Shown here: positions 50,006 through 59,080 of the stretch, piece by piece
Layout of the letters: each line of letters opens with the position of its first letter
Position numbering within the stretch: the first letter of the stretch is position 1
Source of the DNA: Candidatus Aenigmatarchaeota archaeon
Lineage (GTDB): Archaea > Aenigmatarchaeota > Aenigmatarchaeia > Aenigmatarchaeales > Aenigmatarchaeaceae
Assembly: GCA_043802485.1 (NCBI GenBank)
Contig: JAZDKZ010000007.1
Coordinates: 32,001 to 96,000, forward strand
DNA length: 64,000 nt
Direction: 5' to 3'
The notes under the pieces: generated by a model
What the model was told of the DNA's origin: nothing
The model's input: the letters and a program-made list of their open reading frames with translations, nothing else
The model's database searches: none
Translations under genes and position numbers: made by a program

Positions 50006-50308
50006 ATGGAAGAGGAAGTAATAAGAGTAAGAACGCCTAGGGAAGGGGAAGTACTGGGAATAGTTCTGGCTCTTTTAGGTGGCGGCAGGATGGAAGTCAG
50101 CTGCAACGACGGCCTGACAAGAATCTGCAGGATACCGGGGCGCATGAGGAGAAGAATGTGGATAAAGCCAGGCTATCTTGTCCTTGTGCAACCGTGGGTG
50201 GTCCAGGCAGATGAGAGAGCCGACGTGATATGGAAGTACTCCAAGGCGCAGTCCGAATGGCTGCAAAAGAAAGGCTTTCTGAAGAAGATATCGCTTGACA
50301 GCGTCTGA
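50006..50308 (+). CDS. eif1a: translation initiation factor aIF-1A
   Basis: LGGGRMEVSCNDG..RICRIPGRMRRRMWI. Confidence 0.95.
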   Translation: MEEEVIRVRTPREGEVLGIVLALLGGGRMEVSCNDGLTRICRIPGRMRRRMWIKPGYLVLVQPWVVQADERADVIWKYSKAQSEWLQKKGFLKKISLDSV

Positions 50309-50345
50309 TTTTTTAATAATCAATTCTAAATAACTTTGTGGTCAT

Positions 50346-50633
50346 TTGCCCAAAAAAATCTACGATTATCCTGAAGAGGACAAGCTGGAAATTCTGATTC
50401 TGACGAATTCCCCCTGCACCCCGTCCGATATTCTGAAGCTGAGAAAAATACCGGTAAAACCGGACACGCTGGAGACTATAAAGAAAAGGATGGACGCCCT
50501 TTGCAGCAAGGGATTAGCAAAGAAGCGGACAATCTCAAAGGCCAACGTCTACTGGCACATTAGCATAGAGGAGTACAAGAAAAAGGTCCTCTCGGAAGCG
50601 ATAAACAAACTGATAAAGGCCAGAAGCAAGTGA
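50346..50633 (+). CDS. small winged-helix-like protein
   Basis: TTG start; TIKKRMDALCSKGLAKKRTISKANVYW. Confidence 0.55.
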   Translation: MPKKIYDYPEEDKLEILILTNSPCTPSDILKLRKIPVKPDTLETIKKRMDALCSKGLAKKRTISKANVYWHISIEEYKKKVLSEAINKLIKARSK

Positions 50634-51128
50634 TCATGTCTTTGCCTGCTGAAGGAAGCCGTAGACTTTGGAGTGCTTCGAGCCCCTTAATATCATGCTG
50701 ACCGCTTCCCTTGCTACGCCAATCTGCTCATACTTTCCTATTATGGATATGGTCTTGCCGTAGACAGAGACTGAGCAGCCGCTGAAGCGTTCTATCATTC
50801 TCCTGGCCTTGCCATTGGTTCCGATCATCCTAGACCTTATCAGCTTTATCTTGTTGTCCCTCATGCCTGAAAGCTCTACAATATCAAGAGCCTCGTCCTC
50901 GTCGAACAGCCTAAAGGCCTTCTTGGGAGAAAACCCCCTGGCAATAGCCTTTGTTACAGTCTTTGCCTGGAAAAGGTTCAGACCCTCGCCGTTGATTTCA
51001 ACAAGGTTGCCATCAAAACTGAACTTTACGTCATACTCCTTCTCTATCGCCTCCCTGGCAGGCTTGTCCTTGATGACACGTATCCTGTCCATGGGAACCA
51101 GCAAGGTCTCTAAAATTTTTATCACCAA
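50634..51128 (-). CDS. KH-domain rRNA-processing protein (Dim2/Pno1-like)
   Basis: KAIARGFSPKKA, RMIGTNGKAR, SVYGKTISIIG, GSKHSKVYGFL. Confidence 0.9.
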   Translation of the reverse strand: MVIKILETLLVPMDRIRVIKDKPAREAIEKEYDVKFSFDGNLVEINGEGLNLFQAKTVTKAIARGFSPKKAFRLFDEDEALDIVELSGMRDNKIKLIRSRMIGTNGKARRMIERFSGCSVSVYGKTISIIGKYEQIGVAREAVSMILRGSKHSKVYGFLQQAKT

Positions 51129-51286
51129 TTAAACTTTTTCTTTCACACCTATTAAAATGTTGATATTAACGCAAAAACTAATTTATACTAGAGACGAGTA
51201 TATCTATTAGAAAACAAAACTTGGCTTCTAGAGTCGGAAAAACTTTAAAAGTAACAACTCCAAAATAAATTGAATCAAGTGATAAG

Positions 51287-52849
51287 ATGGAAGGAAAGAC
51301 GGTAGGCGCTGACGAGCTCTCAAAGAATCTCAAAGAGATATCTGTTGCAGAATTCTTCGAAAAGAACAGGCACCTGCTGGGCTATGAGAACACCACTAAA
51401 TCCATGCTCACCGTGATAAAGGAGCTGGTGGACAACTCCATCGACGCATGCGAGGAGGCCAGGATACTTCCTGACATAAAGGTTTCTGTCAAACCGACAG
51501 AAGAAAACAAGTACCGAATAGAAGTAGAGGACAACGGACCTGGCATAGTTGAGGAGAAGCTGCACCTGGCATTCGGCAAGCTGCTGTACGGCAGCAAGTT
51601 CCACAGGTTGAGGCAGGCAAGGGGAACGCAGGGCATCGGGGTCTCAGGAGCCATATTATATTCGCAACTCACGACAGGAAGGACGACCAAACTGATTTCA
51701 AGCACAGGAAAGGACATCATAGAGCTGGACATGACCATCGACGTCGTGAGAAACCAGCCTCACATCATTTCTTCCAAGAAGACGAAGAACCCTGACAAGT
51801 GGCACGGCATAAAGATAGAACTGGAGATCGAGGGAAGGTACATTGAAAAGGGCCAGTCCATTCCAGAGTACCTGAAGCAGACAGCCATAATGAACCCTTA
51901 TGCTAAAATAGTCTATGACGGACCGAACGGCAAGACTGTATTCTCAAGAGCAACGCAAGAGATGCCCAAGCTGCCGAAGGAGATAAAGCCGCACCCATAC
52001 GGGGTGGAGCTGGGCATCCTGAGAAGGATGGCAAGGACATCAAAAGACAAGAACATGAAGACTTTCTTGAGAAAGAACTTTTCAAGAATAGGCAGCTCTT
52101 CCGCCGACCAGATACTGAAGCTGGCAAAGATAGACGAGAAGATAAAGCCTTCAGAACTCAGACACCAAGACATCGTCGGCCTGCACAAGTCCATGCAGAA
52201 GGTAAAGCTAATTGCTCCCTCAACCGACTGCCTATCGCAGCTGGGAGAGAACCTGATAGAGAAAGGCCTGAAGAAGGAAATACAGGCAGAGCACTTTGTG
52301 TCAATAACAAGGTCTCCCACAGTCTACCAGGGAAGACCCTTTGCAGTAGAGGTCGGCCTGGCCTATGGCGGCGATCTCAATGCAAAGAACTCTGCAGAGC
52401 TGCTCAGGTTTGCCAACAAGGTCCCACTCATGTACCACCAGGGCGACTGCGCAATATCAGATGCTGTGAAAAGCCTTGACTGGAGAAGGTACGGTCTACA
52501 GCAGTCATCCGGCTCGATGCCCAACGGCCCTATGATAATTCTAGTTCATTTCGCATCAGTCTGGGTGCCCTTCACATCAGAAGGCAAGCAGGCAATAGCA
52601 AGCTATCCGGAAATAATAAAGGAGATCAAACTGGCCCTGCAGGATGCAGGAAGGAAGCTGAAGACATTCATCTCTAAAAAGAGAAGAAACAAAGAGATTG
52701 CGATGAGGCAGAACCTCTTCGAAAAGTACATACCAGAGGTTGCGGAGAGCCTGGAAAAGCTGTCAGGAGAGAAGAAGGAGAAGATAATAAAGGGTCTGGA
52801 AAAGATTCTAAAGAATGAGGATGAAAATGGTGAAAAAAAGAAAAGCTGA
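51287..52849 (+). CDS. top6B: DNA topoisomerase VI subunit B
   Basis: EFFEKNRHLLG, ELVDNSIDA, DNGPG, RGTQGIG, RFANKVPL. Confidence 0.97.
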   Translation: MEGKTVGADELSKNLKEISVAEFFEKNRHLLGYENTTKSMLTVIKELVDNSIDACEEARILPDIKVSVKPTEENKYRIEVEDNGPGIVEEKLHLAFGKLLYGSKFHRLRQARGTQGIGVSGAILYSQLTTGRTTKLISSTGKDIIELDMTIDVVRNQPHIISSKKTKNPDKWHGIKIELEIEGRYIEKGQSIPEYLKQTAIMNPYAKIVYDGPNGKTVFSRATQEMPKLPKEIKPHPYGVELGILRRMARTSKDKNMKTFLRKNFSRIGSSSADQILKLAKIDEKIKPSELRHQDIVGLHKSMQKVKLIAPSTDCLSQLGENLIEKGLKKEIQAEHFVSITRSPTVYQGRPFAVEVGLAYGGDLNAKNSAELLRFANKVPLMYHQGDCAISDAVKSLDWRRYGLQQSSGSMPNGPMIILVHFASVWVPFTSEGKQAIASYPEIIKEIKLALQDAGRKLKTFISKKRRNKEIAMRQNLFEKYIPEVAESLEKLSGEKKEKIIKGLEKILKNEDENGEKKKS

Positions 52850-53912
52850 TGAACAGCTCGTAAAGCTGGGTAAGGATATTGTAAAGGATATCGACCAGAA
52901 GAAGAACCCGTCGTTGGAGATACCTGTGAGGTCGTTGTCTAATACTATCTTCGACCAGAAGAGTAGGATACTGACCTTGGGGAACAGTACTTCAAAGAGA
53001 TATTTCTTTAATGTTGCTCACATCAAAAAGTTCGTGCAGACCATAGAGGCTGCTGCAACTGCCAAGGAACTGGTGGAAGTTCAAAAGCACCTCAGCCTGA
53101 GAGAAGTCTACTACAGGATAAAGAGGACCCTGCCTGGTTCCAACATAGACCTTGTCGAGCATCAGGACGAGTCCAACAAGGCGATAGAGGACCTGGAGCT
53201 GATAACTTCCTTGTCAAGGGAGCAGATGCACATCAACGCCAACAAGATGGGCTCTGTTGCAGGCAATGTCATAGTAAAGGACAAGGGAGACCTCGTGAAC
53301 TGGGCAAAGCTGGGCAGCGGCGGATGGTCTATACCTTCCAATGTGGAGGAGATAGAGTTCAAGAAGGTTGACGCCAAGTTCGTGATATACATGGAAAAGG
53401 CGGCCGAATGGGAGAGGCTGCATGAAGATAAGGTTTGGCAGAAGCTGAACTGCATAATAATGTCATCCCAGGGCCAGTCGACAAGAGGCGTGAGAAGGCT
53501 GCTGCAGAGATTGAACCTGGAGCACAAGCTGCCCGTCTATGTGCTGACCGACTTTGACCCGTGGGGATTCTACATCTACTCTGTCCTCAAGTTCGGGTCT
53601 ATATCTTTGGCTCACATATCGGACAGGCTGACCATACCCAATGCAAGGTTCCTCGGTCTGACAGGAGAGGACATAAAAAACTTTGGCCTGGAGAAGCACA
53701 TCATAAAGTTCAAGGACGTTGACGCCAAGAGGCTGAAGGACATGGGCAAGTACGACTGGTTCAAGGACCACAAGGCATGGCAGAAACAGTTCCAACTCAT
53801 GAAGAACATGAACGGCAAGGTGGAACTGGCAGCGCTGTCGTCAAAGGGCATATCGTTCATATCAGACGTCTACATCCCGAAGAAAATCAAGAACAATGAA
53901 TGGATAAATTAG
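52815..53912 (+). CDS. top6A: DNA topoisomerase VI subunit A
   Basis: LREVYY, QDES, MEK, TDFDPWG; start may be 52821 or 52827. Confidence 0.96.
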   Translation: MRMKMVKKRKADEQLVKLGKDIVKDIDQKKNPSLEIPVRSLSNTIFDQKSRILTLGNSTSKRYFFNVAHIKKFVQTIEAAATAKELVEVQKHLSLREVYYRIKRTLPGSNIDLVEHQDESNKAIEDLELITSLSREQMHINANKMGSVAGNVIVKDKGDLVNWAKLGSGGWSIPSNVEEIEFKKVDAKFVIYMEKAAEWERLHEDKVWQKLNCIIMSSQGQSTRGVRRLLQRLNLEHKLPVYVLTDFDPWGFYIYSVLKFGSISLAHISDRLTIPNARFLGLTGEDIKNFGLEKHIIKFKDVDAKRLKDMGKYDWFKDHKAWQKQFQLMKNMNGKVELAALSSKGISFISDVYIPKKIKNNEWIN

Positions 53913-54025
53913 AATTTTTTTCTGAGAAAATTTTAGACATAATTTTATATATCAAAAAATGTTATTCTTAATTACGAATAATAAAAATTATTCGTGATAT
54001 TTTTCAAAAAATTGAGGTGTAAAAA

Positions 54026-54076
54026 ATGGCAGCAAAGAAGAAAGCAAAGAAAACAACAAAGAAAAAGAAGAGATAG
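54026..54076 (+). CDS. 16-aa Lys-rich micropeptide MAAKKKAKKTTKKKKR
   Basis: GAGGTG SD 6 nt upstream of ATG; AT-rich upstream region. Confidence 0.55.
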   Translation: MAAKKKAKKTTKKKKR

Positions 54077-54224
54077 TGTTTCGTGATTTTTGACCCGATG
54101 CAAAGATGACGGTCCTTGACTTGTTTTTAACTTCCTTTTTTCTCGTCTTGATTTTTACTCTTGTTCTTCGCTTGGTAAACAACATTAAAAAGCTTAAATA
54201 TTATTATTTCTTTATCAGTTGTAT

Positions 54225-54298
54225 GGGACAGTAGCTCAGCCTGGGAGAGCGCACGGCTGAAGACCGTGATGTCGCGTGTTCAAATCACGCCTGTCCCA
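54225..54298 (+). tRNA. tRNA-Phe(GAA)
   Basis: GGGACAG/CTGTCCC, CACGG-CTGAAGA-CCGTG. Confidence 0.95.
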
Positions 54299-55922
54299 CT
54301 TTTTTCTTTTTCAAGGCAGCCTTGACCAAACCGTCGAACATAGGAGAGGGCTTTGTGGGTCTTGACTTGAACTCTGGATGGGACTGTGTGGCAACAAAAA
54401 AGGGATGGTTCTCCAATTCCAGAAACTCCATGAGAATCCCATTAGGAGATATCCCGGAAAAAACAAGACCATTCTTCTCAAGAGCCTCGATATAGTCAGG
54501 GTTGACCTCGTACCTGTGCCTGTGCCTCTCGAAGATATTCTCGCTGCCGTAAAGGCTTTTCACTATTGTTCCTTCCTTTAGAAGAGCTGGATAAGAACCG
54601 AGACGCATGGTACCGCCGTACCGAGAGTCCTTTATTATGCTGGCCTGCTCTGGTATAAAGTCTATGACAGGATATTCCGTATCAGGGTTGAACTCTGTAG
54701 AATCGGCACCATTCAGATTGCAGATGTTCCTGGCAAATTCAATAACAGCAAGCTGCATGCCTAGGCACAGACCAAGGAAGGGTATCTTTTTCTCCCTTGC
54801 GTATTTTATCGAAAGTATCTTGCCCTCGATTCCAGACTTGCCGAAACCGCCCGGAACTATCAGACAGTCAACATCGTCAAGAAACGAAAGTCTTTGAGAA
54901 CTGTCCTCGAACTCTTTGGAGTCTATCCATAGAATATCAGACTTTACATTGTTGTTGAAGCAGGCGTGCTTGACAGCCTCTATGACAGAGATGTAAGAAT
55001 CCTGCAGGTTAAAGTCGCCTATGTCAAAGTACTTGCCGACAATGCCTACTTTCAGTTTCTTTTCAAGGCCCTTGACTTTTCTGACAAACTCTCTCCATTC
55101 AGTCATGTCATTCTTCCTTGCTTTCAGACCAAGCTTTTCCAGCATCCTGTCTCCCATGTTCTGCTCCTCAAGAACCAGCGGCACCTCATAAATGCAATCA
55201 ACATCATGGTTAGATATTACGTCCTCCTTCTTTACATTGCAGAACATGGCTATCTTCTCTTTCCTGACATTGTCTACTCTGACCTCTGACCTGCCTATGA
55301 TAAAGTCAGGTTGTATGCCAATCTCTAGCAGCTGCCTTGTAGACGTCTGGACCGGCTTGGTTTTCTGCTCGCCGACATTCCTCAGTATCGGCAGGTAGCT
55401 GACGTGGACAAAAAGAACATTGTCCCCATCTAGTTTCATCTGCCTTGCGGCCTCAAAATAGATTATGTTCTGATACTCGCCCACTGTCCCGCCTATCTCG
55501 ACAAGAACGACATTAACCTTGGTGTCGTCAGCCACTTTCCTTATCCTCCTCTTCACCTCATCCGTAACATGGGGTATCATCTCGACTGTCTTCCCCAGGT
55601 ACTCGCCCTTCCTCTCCCTCTTTATTACCATTTCGTATATCTGGCCTGTTGTTATGTTCTGGCATTTGGGTATGTTGACGTCAAGGAACCTCTCATAGTT
55701 GCCCAGGTCCTGATCAATCTCACCGCCGTCTTCGGTAACCCACACCTCTCCGTGCTCTGTCGGCCTCAGCGTTCCGGCATCAACATTGAGATACGGATCT
55801 ATCTTGATGGCTGTGACGGAAAAGCCTCTTGACTGGAGAAGCTTTCCCATAGAAGCTGTCGTGATGCCTTTGCCCAGACCGGAAAGAACGCCGCCAATCA
55901 CAAAGATGAAACTACTGGGCAT
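54285..55922 (-). CDS. pyrG: CTP synthase
   Basis: GGVLSGLGKG, KIDPYLNVDAGT, GLCLGMQ, RHRHRYE, QSHPEF. Confidence 0.97.
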   Translation of the reverse strand: MPSSFIFVIGGVLSGLGKGITTASMGKLLQSRGFSVTAIKIDPYLNVDAGTLRPTEHGEVWVTEDGGEIDQDLGNYERFLDVNIPKCQNITTGQIYEMVIKRERKGEYLGKTVEMIPHVTDEVKRRIRKVADDTKVNVVLVEIGGTVGEYQNIIYFEAARQMKLDGDNVLFVHVSYLPILRNVGEQKTKPVQTSTRQLLEIGIQPDFIIGRSEVRVDNVRKEKIAMFCNVKKEDVISNHDVDCIYEVPLVLEEQNMGDRMLEKLGLKARKNDMTEWREFVRKVKGLEKKLKVGIVGKYFDIGDFNLQDSYISVIEAVKHACFNNNVKSDILWIDSKEFEDSSQRLSFLDDVDCLIVPGGFGKSGIEGKILSIKYAREKKIPFLGLCLGMQLAVIEFARNICNLNGADSTEFNPDTEYPVIDFIPEQASIIKDSRYGGTMRLGSYPALLKEGTIVKSLYGSENIFERHRHRYEVNPDYIEALEKNGLVFSGISPNGILMEFLELENHPFFVATQSHPEFKSRPTKPSPMFDGLVKAALKKKKVGQA

Positions 55923-55988
55923 AATATATTATGTAATCAGAAAAACTTAAAGGTATTTAAATTTAAGATGTGAAATATTTTTGATTAT

Positions 55989-56618
55989 ATGGGATTGAAG
56001 GAATTCAACTCACTCGTATTGGACGAAAATTACAAGCCTAACATAGAAAACAGTACAACGTACAGATTAGAGGAATTAGATTCTCTGACGTTGGATGAGA
56101 AACACAAACCCGACATAGAAGGCAGTACAACGGATGGTCTGAAAGAAATAGCTCTTTTAGGGTATAATGACAAGTGGATATACGTATACAAACTGGATAA
56201 TTTCATCGATGTTTTCTCTGATATTTTCCAATGCCGTTTCAGCGATTACGATCCAAGACCAGATAGCATGATGCATGAAAAGTACAAAAAAATGGAGCGC
56301 GGCAGCGACTTGCAGTTTAGGATGCTGTTCAAAGAAGGAAAGCACAGGATAAACTGCCTTGAAATGGGCTTGTTGCCCGAATATGTCGAGATAAAAGACG
56401 AAAAGCGTAGAGTGAACATAGCCGGCTGGCCTGTTAAGAGAAAGATGTACAGCGGTTCGCTCAACAAAAGAGAACCAGAAGAAATAGATTTGTTAACTTT
56501 AATCTCGAATTATCTGGGTGCTGTAAACCAGAAAGAAGTTCTAGAGAGGCTAGATAAGCACATGAAAGAAGAGTGGCAAAAGCTTCATGGAAACAAAAAA
56601 CCGATCTACAGGGTATAG
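55989..56618 (+). CDS. hypothetical protein with N-terminal 24-aa tandem repeat
   Basis: 209-aa ORF. Confidence 0.65.
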   Translation: MGLKEFNSLVLDENYKPNIENSTTYRLEELDSLTLDEKHKPDIEGSTTDGLKEIALLGYNDKWIYVYKLDNFIDVFSDIFQCRFSDYDPRPDSMMHEKYKKMERGSDLQFRMLFKEGKHRINCLEMGLLPEYVEIKDEKRRVNIAGWPVKRKMYSGSLNKREPEEIDLLTLISNYLGAVNQKEVLERLDKHMKEEWQKLHGNKKPIYRV

Positions 56619-56649
56619 ACTTTTTAACATACTTGACCAATTATCTATT

Positions 56650-57198
56650 ATGTTTCTTCGTATAGTGCCGGTAAGCATTATACCACAAAGGGTTCTGGAC
56701 ATGGTACAAAGCGAGATTGAAACCGTCCTCAGGATAAAGTGCAGGATAATGCCAAAGCTGGCCATACCAGAGGATTCTTTCAACAGGTGGAGGAAGCAGC
56801 ACAACGCCGGAACTATCCTAACCAAGCTATCTAGCGAGTCAGCAGTAAAGTTCATAGACAAGAGCATACCGACTGTGATGTTGATAGACTCTGACCTTTA
56901 CTATGAAGGGCTGAACTTTGTCTTCAGCCTTGAGAACCCGACCATCAGCTGCTTTATCGTTTCGATAGCAAGGATGAGACCAGAGTTCTACGATGAAAAG
57001 CCTGATATTAACTTGCTGGCCGAACGAGCCACGAAGGAGGTCATCCATGAGATAGGGCATCACCTAGGATTGAGGCACTGCACCAACATGGAATGCGTGA
57101 TGTGCTTCTCGCCTTCGGTGGGCGACATCGACGCAAAGCAAAAGTATTTTTGCGAGAGCTGCAAGATTAGCCTGATGACAATGGGAGTGAGATTGTGA
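56650..57198 (+). CDS. amzA: archaemetzincin zinc metalloprotease
   Basis: LNFVF, KEVIHEIGHHLGLRHC...CVMCFS...FCESC. Confidence 0.9.
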   Translation: MFLRIVPVSIIPQRVLDMVQSEIETVLRIKCRIMPKLAIPEDSFNRWRKQHNAGTILTKLSSESAVKFIDKSIPTVMLIDSDLYYEGLNFVFSLENPTISCFIVSIARMRPEFYDEKPDINLLAERATKEVIHEIGHHLGLRHCTNMECVMCFSPSVGDIDAKQKYFCESCKISLMTMGVRL

Positions 57199-57234
57199 TA
57201 CCAATTTTAAATAGTGTAAAAATATAGTGATTAT

Positions 57235-57783
57235 ATGCCCAAGAAAACAGTCAAAGCAGAACTGCAGGACAACAGAGCTGTGATATGGAACAGGGACGAT
57301 GCCAACCGTCTATTCAATGAAGGCTGGTATGGCGAACTGTTCGATGACCGCTTGGAGCTTTCTCTTGTCGAAGCAACCTTCCTTCTAGATAAGGATAAGA
57401 TCGATATCAAGAAGGACGGGAAGAAGGTCATGCTCAAGAGCATATACAAGCATGCCCAGAAGATAGACCCTAGATTTGTCATACGCTACACTGTCTACAA
57501 GGACATGAGGGAAAGGGGCCTGCCTGTGAGGACAGGCTTCAAGTTCGGCTGCGATTTTCGAGTATACGAGAGGGGCGTCGCTCCTGTGAAGAAGGGGCCG
57601 AAAGCGCCGCACGAGCACACGAAATGGATAGTGTTCTGCGTGCCAGAGGATTACGCATGCTCCTTCCAGGAGCTGTCAAGAGCTGTTCGGCTTGCCCATA
57701 ACATAAGGTCCAGCATGCTCTGGGCCATAGTCGACAACGAGAATGATGTTACCTATTACAACATCAATTACCTTAGCCCGTGA
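57235..57783 (+). CDS. endA: tRNA-splicing endonuclease, single-unit type, atypical
   Basis: LELSLVEA, VYKDMRERG..VRTGFKFGCDFRVY, VRLAH, AIVD...YY. Confidence 0.92.
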   Translation: MPKKTVKAELQDNRAVIWNRDDANRLFNEGWYGELFDDRLELSLVEATFLLDKDKIDIKKDGKKVMLKSIYKHAQKIDPRFVIRYTVYKDMRERGLPVRTGFKFGCDFRVYERGVAPVKKGPKAPHEHTKWIVFCVPEDYACSFQELSRAVRLAHNIRSSMLWAIVDNENDVTYYNINYLSP

Positions 57784-57785
57784 TC

Positions 57786-58928
57786 ATGATGAAAGTAAAA
57801 GATATAATGTCAACCGACATAGCGTACGTTTCTCCGGAGGACAACGTGTCAAGCGTCATCTCCCTGATAGAGAAGAACTGCTTCAGAGAGATATTGGTCT
57901 TGGAGGACAACAAACTGAAGGGAATCGTCTACTCCAAGGAAATAGCAAACAAGGGTATAAACGACCCGTCGAGGATAAAAGTCAGGACGATAATGGGCCA
58001 CATGCCAGCAACATTGAAAGCAGACCATGAAGCCGACGAGGCAGCAAAACTTATTCTGAGAACAGGCCTCAGGGCATTGCCTGTGCTAGAGAACCAAAAG
58101 GTAGTGGGCGTGGTGTCCATGCACGATATCGTGGATATGGCAGCAAAGGGAAAGGCTTTCAGGCAGACAAAGGCAGAGGCAGTAATGTCAACTGCAGTGA
58201 TAGTCGGCGAAGAGGATGATATGGGGACTGTAAGGCTCCTGATGAGAGAAAAGAACATATCAAGGATACCTGTTGTTGACGGGAAGAAGAAGCTTTCAGG
58301 CGTTGTAACGATATTCGATCTGCTAAAGGCAGTGAAGCCAAAGGAAAGGATGACCTTCTATTCGATGGCAGCAGAAAAGGTGACTGTTATGGGTATTCCT
58401 CTGTCTGTTGTTATGAACAAGCATCCGACAACAGTTGAAAAGAAAAATCCTCTGAACGATGCTGTCAGTCTCATGAGAAAGTATGAAACAGACGGCGTGA
58501 TTGTCGTTGAGGACAATGTTCCAATAGGCGTTGTGACAGAAAAGGACCTTTTGGAATTCTATGTTTCAGGCTTGAAGCAGAAAGGCATGAACTACCAGAT
58601 AAGCGGCCTTGTGGACGAGGATGATTTCGTCGTGAACACGGTGGACAGGATGATAAGAGACAGCTTGCAAAAACTGTCCAAGATGGTGAGGGCAGAGTTC
58701 TTCTTCCTGCACGTCAAGCGATACGACAAGGGTGGCAGGATAAAGTACTCGATAAGAACAAGGCTGAGGGCAGAAAAAGGCTTCTATGTATCAAAGGCGT
58801 ATTCGTGGGACCTAAGATCGGCTGTGGACGAGGCGATGGACAAGCTGGATAAAATAGTGATAAAGAACAAGAAAACCAAGAGAGACAGATTAAAAGAAAT
58901 GTTAAGGTTTAAGAAGTTGCTAAGATAA
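57786..58928 (+). CDS. 4xCBS protein with C-terminal HPF/RaiA-like domain
   Basis: Four CBS repeats, then HVKRYDKGGRIKYSIRTRL...AYSWDLRSAVDEAMDKL. Confidence 0.8.
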   Translation: MMKVKDIMSTDIAYVSPEDNVSSVISLIEKNCFREILVLEDNKLKGIVYSKEIANKGINDPSRIKVRTIMGHMPATLKADHEADEAAKLILRTGLRALPVLENQKVVGVVSMHDIVDMAAKGKAFRQTKAEAVMSTAVIVGEEDDMGTVRLLMREKNISRIPVVDGKKKLSGVVTIFDLLKAVKPKERMTFYSMAAEKVTVMGIPLSVVMNKHPTTVEKKNPLNDAVSLMRKYETDGVIVVEDNVPIGVVTEKDLLEFYVSGLKQKGMNYQISGLVDEDDFVVNTVDRMIRDSLQKLSKMVRAEFFFLHVKRYDKGGRIKYSIRTRLRAEKGFYVSKAYSWDLRSAVDEAMDKLDKIVIKNKKTKRDRLKEMLRFKKLLR

Positions 58929-58939
58929 GATATAGAAAG

Positions 58940-59080
58940 GTGAATTCTATTCAAGTTATCTGCGATCGTTGCAAAAAGTCAGTCAAGGAAGTCGGAAGGC
59001 TTACGAACGTCAAGTGGAAGGGCGTGAACCAGAAGATTTGCAAGTTCTGCAGAAGGAAGCTAAAGATTAGAGTAAGATGA
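58940..59080 (+). CDS. 46-aa basic C4 zinc-finger protein
   Basis: MNSIQVICDRCKKSVKEVGRLTNVKWKGVNQKICKFCRRKLKIRVR; fills the gap exactly. Confidence 0.7.
   Translation: MNSIQVICDRCKKSVKEVGRLTNVKWKGVNQKICKFCRRKLKIRVR

Noticed and set aside
53988..54185. Minus-strand 65-aa basic ORF
   Set aside because: No SD, and its 3' part is the antisense of the SD-supported micropeptide; not fully excluded
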